Source: Myxococcota bacterium
GTDB lineage: Bacteria > Myxococcota_A > Polyangia > Nannocystales > Nannocystaceae
DNA: 64,000 nt
NCBI GenBank assembly: GCA_039028615.1
Contig: JBCCHT010000020.1
Location: forward strand, 96,001-160,000
Direction: 5' to 3'
Part shown: piece after piece, positions 8,802-16,945 of the stretch
How the letters are laid out: the number at the start of each line of letters is the position of its first letter
Position numbering within the stretch: the stretch's first letter is position 1
Notes under the pieces: generated by a model
Told to the model about the DNA's origin: nothing
Seen by the model: the letters and a program-made list of their open reading frames with translations, nothing else
The model's database searches: none
Translations under genes and position numbers: made by a program

Positions 8802-10484
8802 GTGAACGGGATTCGTCGTCGATACGGATGGGTGACCGCGCTGGCGCTATTGACCGCAGCGTGCGCAAGCGATCCTCCCGACCTCACCACCGCCATGATC
8901 GGGCCCGAGGGTGGGCTGGTGACCTCGCGCGACGGCGTGCTGACCCTGGTCTTCCACCCGGGTGCGCTGACCAGCGAGACCGAGATCCAGATCTTCCCGA
9001 GCGACGCCCCGCCGGTCGTCTTCGGCCCCGCCTATCGCGTCAAGCCGGACATCGAGCTGATGATCGACGTCGAGGTCGGCTACCAGCGGCTGCTGCCCAA
9101 CGATCCCTCCACCGCGGCCGTCTCGGCCATTCGCCTCGAGGACTACAGCAACGAGGAAGGGCACTGGGTCGCCCTGCCGCGGCTGTCCCTGCACGAGGAA
9201 CAGCAGCTCATTCGGGCCTACGACTCTCAGCTGTCGCTGTACTACGGCATGGTCGATCGCGGCGGCGGCTCGGCGACCAGCAACGGAGTCGACACCGGAG
9301 ACTCGCTCGGGGGCACCGACGACAACGGGGTAACGGGCGACCTGACCGGCGACGAGTCGGACACCGACGGGGCCACCAGCGACCCCACGGCCACCGACGC
9401 CACCGATACCGAGACCGTCGACCCGGGCTGTAGCGACGGCAACGTCGACGAGGGCGAGATCTGCTTCATCGCCATGGACTTCCCCATCAGCGGCGGTCCG
9501 GTCGACGTCACCGTCGGCGACTTCGACAACGACGGCTCGCTCGACCTGGCCACCGCCAACGGGGACGGCACCTTCAGCGTGCGCCTCGGCGACGGGGCGG
9601 GTGGCTTCGCCTCCGAGCTGAACGTGGCCGCGGGCAACGGCCCGGCCGGCATCGACGCGGGCGACCTCGATCAAGCCATGGGCGACGACCTGGTGATCGC
9701 CCTGTCGGGCAGCAACCAGATGCTCCTGCTGCAGTCGCAAGGCAACGGGACCTTCGGCGAGAACCTCATCGCGCTGTCGGGCACCACGCCCACCGAGGTG
9801 CTGGTCGACGACTTCACCGCCGACACCATCCCCGACATCCTCATCAGCAACGCGGGCAGCAACAACGTCTCCTACTTCACCTTCAACGGTGGGCTGGGGG
9901 CCGAGGCGCTCTACACCACGGGCCCGGTCGCCGCTCCCGTCGGCCTGTCGCGAGGTCAGTACAACTTCACGGGCAACCAGGACATCGACGCCTTCGCCTA
10001 CGGCGGCGGGGCCTATGCCATCCTGCCCGGCAACGGCATGGGCCTGGGCAACTCCCCCCTCGAGGGGAACGTCGGCACCGACCTGCGCCGCGCCGTCGGG
10101 GGTGACTTCGGGGGAGCCGAGGCCGGAGACGCCGCGGTGGCCGACTTCGGCATGGGCGGCGTGCACGTGCTGCTCGGCGATGGCCAGCCCAACGGCTTCG
10201 CTGGCATGAGCTTCTATCCCACCGGGACCGGCACGGTCGACGTCGCGGCCGGCGACTTCAACGGCGACGGCGACATCGACTTCGTGGCGGCCAATAGTGG
10301 CGACGACAACGTCACCCTGCTGGCCAAGACCGGCGGCAGTGCGTGGGACGAATCCACCGACTTCGACGCTGGCAGCGGGCCCTCGGGTGTCGTGGCCGGC
10401 GACCTCAACGGCGACGGCGTCGACGACATCGTGGTCTCCAACCAAGCGGGCAACAGCGTCACGGTTCTGGTCTCGGATCCATGA
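8802..10484 (+). CDS. Lipoprotein with N-terminal ZU5-like domain and FG-GAP/VCBS repeats
   Basis: LTAAC lipobox, IGPEGG...FHPGAL, GDFDNDGSLDL / GDFNGDGDID / GDLNGDGVDD repeats. Confidence 0.85.
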   Translation: MNGIRRRYGWVTALALLTAACASDPPDLTTAMIGPEGGLVTSRDGVLTLVFHPGALTSETEIQIFPSDAPPVVFGPAYRVKPDIELMIDVEVGYQRLLPNDPSTAAVSAIRLEDYSNEEGHWVALPRLSLHEEQQLIRAYDSQLSLYYGMVDRGGGSATSNGVDTGDSLGGTDDNGVTGDLTGDESDTDGATSDPTATDATDTETVDPGCSDGNVDEGEICFIAMDFPISGGPVDVTVGDFDNDGSLDLATANGDGTFSVRLGDGAGGFASELNVAAGNGPAGIDAGDLDQAMGDDLVIALSGSNQMLLLQSQGNGTFGENLIALSGTTPTEVLVDDFTADTIPDILISNAGSNNVSYFTFNGGLGAEALYTTGPVAAPVGLSRGQYNFTGNQDIDAFAYGGGAYAILPGNGMGLGNSPLEGNVGTDLRRAVGGDFGGAEAGDAAVADFGMGGVHVLLGDGQPNGFAGMSFYPTGTGTVDVAAGDFNGDGDIDFVAANSGDDNVTLLAKTGGSAWDESTDFDAGSGPSGVVAGDLNGDGVDDIVVSNQAGNSVTVLVSDP

Positions 10485-11974
10485 TCGAACGGTGGTCGGT
10501 GCTGCTGGCGGCGGGCCTTTGTCTGGCCTGCCCCATCGACAGCGGGCCCGGGGTCGAGGCCCCGCCGTCGCCCCCCAGCGCCGACGTGAGCCCGGCCCCA
10601 CGCGCCGAGGAACCGACTCCCCCCGCCGCACCTCGTGATCCACCGCGCCTGCTGACCGACCCCGGCTCTGGCGTCCGCATCGTGTGGTCGGGCGCCGCGG
10701 CCAGCACTGCCGTGGCCGGACCCGACCTCATCGTCCTCGAGCCCGACGGTCGGCACATCAACGCCGTCGACTGGCGCGACGGCGAGGCCCGCTGGCGCAT
10801 CCAGGTCCCCACCTCGGGCTCGGCCCGGCTCTACGGGCTCGGCGATCGGGTGCTGTTGCACGACCGCGATCGGGCGACCGTCATCGAAGCCGACCGCGGG
10901 CGCGTGCTCGGTCGCCACCCCGCCCCCCTCGACGATCGCTGGCCCCACAACCACGGCGTCGTGCGCCGCAAGGACGCCTGCGCCTGGGTCAGCCCCTGCG
11001 GCATCCGAGCCTTCGACTGCGAGACCGGGGCCCCGCACGGGCGCTACTTCGCATCGATCGAGCGCGCCGACTCGGACGAGGGCGGCGAAGCGGGACAGGC
11101 GGAGACCTCCTGCAGCCCCACGCCACAGCTGCTCGGGCGTCACGAGGACGTGACCGTGTTCATCGCGGCCCTACCCCGCACCGACGAGACGGGGCGCCCC
11201 GCCGGCTCCGCTCCTTCGCTGGTGGGCCTGGCCGACGACTCCGAAGAGCCCCTGTGGTCCGTCCCGCTCCGCTCCGCCCGCATCGTCGCCGGGCTCACCG
11301 ACGACGGCGGATGCTTCAGCCTCGACGAAGACGCCCCCGCCCTGCGGATGTACGAGTGCGCCACCGGGGAGGTGCGCTGGGATCGACCGCTCGGGCCGGG
11401 ACGACTGGAGCTGCACCCCATCGAGGACGAGGTCGTCGTCGCTCGATACCAAGGGCGTCGCTGGAGGCTGCACGCTTATGCGACCGCGGACGGTCAGTCC
11501 GCGTGGAGCACCCGCCTGTCGAAGCGTCAGTACCCCGTGCTGCCCGGCTCACCGATTCCCGACGCCCACACCACCGGTCGGCGGCGGGTCTACGCGCTCA
11601 TCGATCCCCAGCGAGGCCGCGTCGCGGGTGAGCTCGTGGCCGGGCGGGATGAAGAGCTGTGGCGGGACCCGAACGGTGGCTTCGTGCTCGCCGGGCGAGA
11701 GCTGCGGGAGCTGGGGGCCAACGGGCGAATCGTGCGGCAGCAGCCGTTTACGGGCACCGGAGTGCAGAGCGTGCTCGCGGGGCACCTGGTAACGCTCGAA
11801 GGGGAGGCTATCGAGATCTACGATCGCGAGCAGCTGCGGGAGCGCGCGCGGGTGGAAGGGCGAATGAGCCTCGAGGCCTCGGCGGCGCTGCCGGATGATC
11901 GCCGGTTGTTGCGACGGCAAGGCGATGATGGCGTGGCGCTGGTGCTGGGCTTCGAGACACCAGGGCGACGGTAG
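10481..11974 (+). CDS. PQQ-like (BamB-type) beta-propeller lipoprotein
   Basis: ATG overlaps upstream stop (ATGA); CLAC lipobox; DGEARW, TGEVRW, DGQSAW repeats. Confidence 0.8.
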   Translation: MIERWSVLLAAGLCLACPIDSGPGVEAPPSPPSADVSPAPRAEEPTPPAAPRDPPRLLTDPGSGVRIVWSGAAASTAVAGPDLIVLEPDGRHINAVDWRDGEARWRIQVPTSGSARLYGLGDRVLLHDRDRATVIEADRGRVLGRHPAPLDDRWPHNHGVVRRKDACAWVSPCGIRAFDCETGAPHGRYFASIERADSDEGGEAGQAETSCSPTPQLLGRHEDVTVFIAALPRTDETGRPAGSAPSLVGLADDSEEPLWSVPLRSARIVAGLTDDGGCFSLDEDAPALRMYECATGEVRWDRPLGPGRLELHPIEDEVVVARYQGRRWRLHAYATADGQSAWSTRLSKRQYPVLPGSPIPDAHTTGRRRVYALIDPQRGRVAGELVAGRDEELWRDPNGGFVLAGRELRELGANGRIVRQQPFTGTGVQSVLAGHLVTLEGEAIEIYDREQLRERARVEGRMSLEASAALPDDRRLLRRQGDDGVALVLGFETPGRR

Positions 11975-12047
11975 AGCCGATCGCCCAAAGGGGCGTGTCC
12001 GCTTCGTGGCGTGCGGAGCATGACCGCGGCGGGCTAGAGTCGAACAG

Positions 12048-12443
12048 ATGAAGCCGCAGGACGACGGACCAAGGACGAACGGGCGCGTCGCGGACACGGT
12101 CGAAGACTGGGTCGATGGCCTGAGCGATCGAACGCGCGGCCAGGTCCTCGCGGCGGGCGGGGCCGCGGGATTGGCCGCCGTCTATCTGCTGTGGTCGTAC
12201 GGAATCGGGTTCGGCACCAACGGCGAGATCATCTCGAAGGAGCAGGTCGGGCTCGGGGCGTTTCTGGCCGCGTTGATGGTCTACGGCACGTCGCTACTCG
12301 TAGCGCCGGTCATGGCCGAGCCGGATCCGAGCCAACCAATGGCAGGCGCACTGCTCGAGGAACGACGCCGCGCCCTTTGGATCCGACGCCTGGTGGCGGG
12401 CGCCCTCGGCTTGGTGATCGGCTTCCTGCTCTTTCGGGGCTAG
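12048..12443 (+). CDS. Small three-TM membrane protein
   Basis: Three hydrophobic segments; TAGAGT 7 nt upstream of ATG. Confidence 0.7.
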   Translation: MKPQDDGPRTNGRVADTVEDWVDGLSDRTRGQVLAAGGAAGLAAVYLLWSYGIGFGTNGEIISKEQVGLGAFLAALMVYGTSLLVAPVMAEPDPSQPMAGALLEERRRALWIRRLVAGALGLVIGFLLFRG

Positions 12444-12733
12444 CCACCGTTCAGTCGCCACAGCACGTCGGCGACGACGAGCCACAGGCCCATGCCGATC
12501 CAGGTCACGCAGCAGACCCAGAACAACACTGCATCTTCCGTGCGCGACAAGTTCTGGACGATGTAGGTCTCGCCCGCGCGGATGCCATCGACGGCCCAGA
12601 AGATGAACAGCAGGCCCCAGACCGAATAGAGGTTGAAGACGGTGGCGGCCACCAACAGCGCCAGGACGACGACGGTGGGCCACTTGCCCCGACGGGGCGG
12701 GGCCGGAGCGGGAGTGCTGGATTCGCTGGTCAT
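12440..12733 (-). CDS. Small membrane protein, last gene of the graspetide-like operon
   Basis: ATGA overlap with ATP-grasp stop; 2-3 hydrophobic segments. Confidence 0.75.
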   Translation of the reverse strand: MTSESSTPAPAPPRRGKWPTVVVLALLVAATVFNLYSVWGLLFIFWAVDGIRAGETYIVQNLSRTEDAVLFWVCCVTWIGMGLWLVVADVLWRLNGG

Positions 12734-13629
12734 GCGCCGAGCCAGTCGAGCATGGCGTCACCGAGGCGCCCTTGGCAAACCCGGTCGAAGGCGACGAACA
12801 TCGGGGCGCTGTTGATCTCGAGGAAGGTCAGCGCTCCGCTGGCAGGGTTGGTCTTGAAGTCGGCGGCGGCGAAGTCCAGGCCGAGTTGCTCGGCGAGGGC
12901 GAGCAGGGCGTGCCCGATCGGAGCGGGCAGCGCCTCGAACGGCTCGACGCGCGTGTCGGCGGAGGCGCGGTAGTCGAGCTCGTCGGAGATCACCCGAAAG
13001 GCAAAGAGACGGCGACCGACGACGTAGACGCGGACCTCGGGCGGGACCAACCGTTGCTGGACGATGGCCGGCGCCGCAGCGACGCCGTCGTGTGCGTCGG
13101 TCTGCGCGAGGGCTTCGTCGAGCGGCCGGCACAGCGCACCGCCATCGATCGGCTTGACCACCCGCGGCCAGTCGGCGCCTTCCCGCAGCGCTCGCACGTC
13201 ATTGGTGAAGGCGGTGGCGGGCACATCGAGGCCCAGCGCCTTCGCCCGATGGAGCGCGAGGGGTTTGTTGGCTCCGTATTGCCGCGAGCGACGATTGAAG
13301 AACTTCACCGCGTCATGGGCGAGAGCCCAGCCGGAAACCAGCGTGTACCAAGCCATGGCCCGCTTGCCGACCGCAGGCCGGGGGTCGGCCATCGCGGCGA
13401 AGACGTCGTGACGCAGGAAGATGGCGGAGGGTGCAAGCGGCTGTCCGTCGAGGAGCAGGGCGTCGCCCTCGAGATCCCAACGCACGGCCGGGTCGTGCCC
13501 GGGTCCGACCCGCAGCGAGCGAAGCGTCAGGCCGCGCTCGCGAGCGCGCTGCTCGAGGCATCCGAGGTTCGGGTCGGCCGATCCTCCGGCCACGAGCAGG
13601 CAGGGCTCAGTATCCGCCGAAGGGTCCAC
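12730..13629 (-). CDS. RimK-like ATP-grasp ligase, probable graspetide (omega-ester peptide) synthetase
   Basis: NKP, VVKPIDGG, IVQQRL..EVRVYVVG, LDYR (DxR motif of graspetide ligases), ADFK, FLEINSAPMF; overlaps a gene rich in TTxxxxEE motifs. Confidence 0.9.
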   Translation of the reverse strand: MDPSADTEPCLLVAGGSADPNLGCLEQRARERGLTLRSLRVGPGHDPAVRWDLEGDALLLDGQPLAPSAIFLRHDVFAAMADPRPAVGKRAMAWYTLVSGWALAHDAVKFFNRRSRQYGANKPLALHRAKALGLDVPATAFTNDVRALREGADWPRVVKPIDGGALCRPLDEALAQTDAHDGVAAAPAIVQQRLVPPEVRVYVVGRRLFAFRVISDELDYRASADTRVEPFEALPAPIGHALLALAEQLGLDFAAADFKTNPASGALTFLEINSAPMFVAFDRVCQGRLGDAMLDWLGA

Positions 13630-15688
13630 TGTCGTCGCCCGAAGAGGAATCGCCGTCGGAGTCTTCGTCGGACGCCTCCGCGCTCGCGGGTGCCGACTGC
13701 ACCGGGTCCGAGGGATGAGCGGGGTCCTCCTCGCCCCCGGCGAGCGTCGTCGGGCGCGGCTCAGTGGGCGGTCCTTCCTCTCCCACCGCCAACGTCGTCA
13801 TCATCGGACCTTCCTCGCCGACCGCGAATGTCGTCGGCTGCGGAGCGGGCGGTCCTTCTTCCCCCACCGCCAGCGTCGTCATCATCGGACCTTCCTCGCC
13901 GACCGCGAATGTCGTCGGCTGCGGCGACACGGGCGGCCCCTCTTCGCCCACTGCCAGCGTCGTCATCGTCGGCCCTTCTTCACCCACCGCTAGCGTCGTC
14001 GGGTGCGGTGGAGCGGGCGGTGGTCCCTCTTCGCCCACCGCCAGCGTCGTCATCGTCGGCCCTTCTTCACCGACGGCGTGCGTCGTGGGGTGCGGGGCAA
14101 CCGGTGGAGACTCCTCGCCCACGGCCATCGTGGTCATCGTGGGGCCCTCTTCGCCCACCGCTTGGGTGGTCATGACGGGCTCTTCTTCGCCGACGGCCTC
14201 CGTCGTCGCGGCGGGCTCGGTCTCCCCTGCGCCCTCGCTCGGGCTCTCCGCATCCAGCTCTTCGGGGGCATCCTCCGTCGACACGGGCGGAGTCGGAGGC
14301 GGATTCTCCTCGCCCAGCGCCTGGGTGGTCATCACCGGGCCCTCTTCGCCCACCATGGCCGTCGTCCGCCCAACGGGGTTGGGCGCCGCGACGCGATCTT
14401 CCCCGCCCCACATCGCCGAGGTCATGCCCGGGTCTTCCTCGCCCCACACCGACGTCGAGCGCGGCGGGCCTTCCTCCCCGATCGCTTGTGTCGTGAAGCG
14501 CGGACCCTCTTCTCCGACCGCCAGCGTCGTCGCGCCAGGGCCCTCTTCTCCGACCGCCAAGGTCGTCGGACACGAGGGGTCGGGCGGCGTTTCTTCGCCC
14601 GCCACCTGGGTCGTGGCGCTCGGGTCCTCTTCGCCCACCATCTGCGTCGTGAAGCGAGGCTCGTCGACCACCCGCGGGGACGAGCGCGACCACGGGCTCC
14701 CCACGCGCTCCGCCTCCGAGGGTGGGTCGCCCCCCTCTTCCGTTTGCGACGAGGGCCCGGGCACATCCTCGCCGAAGCCGAAGGTCGGCTGTTCTTCCCC
14801 CACCGCGAGCGTGGTGAACGTGCCCGCCCCGACCTCGGGATCGGTGTCGTAGACGTATCCGAGCGATCGATGATCGAGCAGATCGCGGGGCCGGATCGCC
14901 TGCGGCGAGTCACCGAAGGGCGCGACCACCTCGGGGTCCTCGCCCCCGTTCCACGGCCACAGGGTGTCCTCCCAGTTGTGCCCGCTCGGCCCCTCGCCCT
15001 GCGGCTGGTACTCGGCGCCCGGATGACGTCGCTGCCAGTCGGACCACAGCCGATCGATGAACGCATGCACGAGCCAGAACAGCGGATCGTCGGGGGCATC
15101 GTCGCGCGCCATGGCGCCGCCGATCCAGGCATGCACCCGATTGTGGAGCGCAGGGCCGTTGACCCACCCCTCCATGCGATTGCGGAACCCGGTCGACGAC
15201 GATCCGTCCCACGGCACCGCGTCGTAGACCGCGTCGGTCATCACGTGCTCGAGGTCTTCGACGGTGGGCAGCGTACGCGCGGCGGGGTCGAGCCCCAGGC
15301 GGCGGATCAAGAAGCCCTCGCCCGCCAGCGGCCACGCCCCGGCTTCGGTGGCAAAGGGCCCGGTGATCACCATGCCGTCGTGCGGGCGACCGTCGCCGCC
15401 CATGAAATCGTCGGCCCATAGCGGCGATTGCAGCGAGCGATCGCGCGTGAAGTCCCAGTAGGGCAGCGTCACCTCGGGCTCGGCGCTGCGCAGGTCTTCT
15501 TCGAAGCGCAGCAGGAAGTGGCGATGCCAGGCGAAGAACGCCGGCCCTCGTCGTGCCCAGCGAGCACCGAGCCGATAGATCCGCACGTGCTCGTCGTAGC
15601 GCCCTTCATCCTTGAGCGCGAGCAGGGCCTGCACGAAGCTCTGCCTCTCCTTGGCCGTACACCGGGCGTAGTTCTTGCGCGTCCTCAT
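13607..15688 (-). CDS. Tyrosinase-like domain (aa 1-~282) fused to a 20x TTxxxxEE graspetide core region
   Basis: MRTRKN..., FFAWHRHFL, LPYWD, LHNRVHAWIGG, DPLFWLVHAFIDRLW resemble Streptomyces MelC2; C-terminal region carries 20 TTxxxGEE motifs. Confidence 0.92.
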   Translation of the reverse strand: MRTRKNYARCTAKERQSFVQALLALKDEGRYDEHVRIYRLGARWARRGPAFFAWHRHFLLRFEEDLRSAEPEVTLPYWDFTRDRSLQSPLWADDFMGGDGRPHDGMVITGPFATEAGAWPLAGEGFLIRRLGLDPAARTLPTVEDLEHVMTDAVYDAVPWDGSSSTGFRNRMEGWVNGPALHNRVHAWIGGAMARDDAPDDPLFWLVHAFIDRLWSDWQRRHPGAEYQPQGEGPSGHNWEDTLWPWNGGEDPEVVAPFGDSPQAIRPRDLLDHRSLGYVYDTDPEVGAGTFTTLAVGEEQPTFGFGEDVPGPSSQTEEGGDPPSEAERVGSPWSRSSPRVVDEPRFTTQMVGEEDPSATTQVAGEETPPDPSCPTTLAVGEEGPGATTLAVGEEGPRFTTQAIGEEGPPRSTSVWGEEDPGMTSAMWGGEDRVAAPNPVGRTTAMVGEEGPVMTTQALGEENPPPTPPVSTEDAPEELDAESPSEGAGETEPAATTEAVGEEEPVMTTQAVGEEGPTMTTMAVGEESPPVAPHPTTHAVGEEGPTMTTLAVGEEGPPPAPPHPTTLAVGEEGPTMTTLAVGEEGPPVSPQPTTFAVGEEGPMMTTLAVGEEGPPAPQPTTFAVGEEGPMMTTLAVGEEGPPTEPRPTTLAGGEEDPAHPSDPVQSAPASAEASDEDSDGDSSSGDDSGPFGGY
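13727..14815 (-). repeat. Array of 20 perfect TTxxxGEE coding repeats plus degenerate copies (STSVWGEE, TSAMWGGE, STEDAPEE)
   Basis: Counted in the translation; identical 51-nt blocks at 13793-13843 and 13874-13924 (81-nt period). Confidence 0.95.
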
Positions 15689-15691
15689 GGT

Positions 15692-15916
15692 TCAGCCCTC
15701 CTCCGAGCCGCTGTGGTGCAGCGCCAGCGCCTCGGCCAGGGCGCGCGGGCTCGCATAGCCGCGAAAGGGCAGCGTCGCACACAGCCAGCCCTGATCCTCG
15801 TCGAGCGTCGCGACCACGCGCCGCTCCCCGATGGTCACCGCCACGGACTCGGGCGCATCGTCATCGGTCTCGATGACCACGTCGTGGCCATGGAACTGCT
15901 CCTGTGTACTCGGCAT
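15692..15916 (-). CDS. MelC1-like tyrosinase caddie/cofactor protein, 74 aa, no Tat signal
   Basis: GGAGG SD before ATG 15916; EQFHGHDVVI...VTIGER...GWLCATLPFRGYASPRALAEAL resembles the caddie fold; stop lies 3 nt before the tyrosinase ATG. Confidence 0.75.
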   Translation of the reverse strand: MPSTQEQFHGHDVVIETDDDAPESVAVTIGERRVVATLDEDQGWLCATLPFRGYASPRALAEALALHHSGSEEG

Positions 15917-15983
15917 GCCCCTCCGATGGTATGCCACCCCGACCGGGCTTGCTTCCCGTGCCCATGCGCGGCATGACCTACGC

Positions 15984-16940
15984 GTGCACGCGTTGACGCT
16001 CGAAGACACGGTGGCCCTGCGCGACGTCGAGCCCCCCACGCCCGGGCCCGGTCAGGCCCTCATCGCGCTGCGCAGCGCGGGTATCTGCGGCACCGATCTC
16101 GAGCTCGTCGCCGGCTACAAGGGGTACCGCGGCATCTTGGGTCACGAGTTCGTCGGCGAGGTGGTGCGCTGCCCGGACGCCCCGTTTTGGGAAGGTCGTC
16201 GCGTCACGGGTGAGATCAACCTGACCTGTGGCGAGTGCGAGCCCTGCCGCGCAGACCTCGCGAAGCACTGCACCACCCGCACCGTGATGGGCATCCTCGG
16301 GCACCCGGGCTGCTTCGCCGAGCAGCTCGTGCTGCCCTTCGCCAACCTCCACGAGGTCCCCGCCCGCGTCTCCGACGACGAGGCGGTCTTCACCGAGCCG
16401 CTCGCCGCCGCCTTCGAACTGTTCGAGTCGGTCGAGCTCGACGACGAGACCGAGGTCGCCGTGTTCGGCGACGGACGACTCGGCTTGCTCATCGGCCTCG
16501 CCTTGCGCAGCCGCGACGTGCCCGTCGTCGCCGTCGGCCGACACCCTCGCAAGCTCGCCATCGTGGCCGCCGCGGGGGCCCGCACCGTTCAGCCGGCCGA
16601 GCTGGGTGACCAACGCTTCGAGGTCGTCGTGGACGCCACCGGTTCGGCCGAGGGCCTGGCGATGGCCTTCGACCACGTACAACCGCGAGGCACCATCGCC
16701 CTCAAGAGCACCGTGCACGGCACGGTCAACCTCGACACCTCGGCCCTGGTGGTCAACGAGATCCGCCTCGTCGGCTCCCGCTGTGGCTCCTTCGACGTGG
16801 CCCTCGAGGCGCTGGCCCAAGGCCGCATCGATCCGCGGCCGCTCATCGACGCCCGCTACCCGCTCGACCAAGCCGCCGCCGCCATGGAGCACGCCCAGCG
16901 CAAGGGCGTGCTCAAGGTGTTGCTGCAGCGGAGCCCGTGA
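15984..16940 (+). CDS. Zinc-binding medium-chain alcohol dehydrogenase
   Basis: GICGTD, GHEFVG, CGECEPC...C structural Zn site, GDGRLG; GTG 15984 chosen as start. Confidence 0.92.
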   Translation: MHALTLEDTVALRDVEPPTPGPGQALIALRSAGICGTDLELVAGYKGYRGILGHEFVGEVVRCPDAPFWEGRRVTGEINLTCGECEPCRADLAKHCTTRTVMGILGHPGCFAEQLVLPFANLHEVPARVSDDEAVFTEPLAAAFELFESVELDDETEVAVFGDGRLGLLIGLALRSRDVPVVAVGRHPRKLAIVAAAGARTVQPAELGDQRFEVVVDATGSAEGLAMAFDHVQPRGTIALKSTVHGTVNLDTSALVVNEIRLVGSRCGSFDVALEALAQGRIDPRPLIDARYPLDQAAAAMEHAQRKGVLKVLLQRSP

Positions 16941-16945
16941 GCAAC

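Noticed and set aside
13727..14815. Repeat array as a CRISPR array or non-coding repeat
   Set aside because: Repeats vary at synonymous positions, stay in frame within a long ORF, lack unique constant-length spacers, and no cas genes are present.
13764..14852. Plus-strand ORF with GPSSPTASVV repeats
   Set aside because: Antisense shadow of the TTxxxGEE array; the minus frame is continuous with the tyrosinase domain and its operon.
15984..16940. Zn dehydrogenase as part of the RiPP system
   Set aside because: Divergent, ordinary MDR enzyme; only adjacency supports a link.
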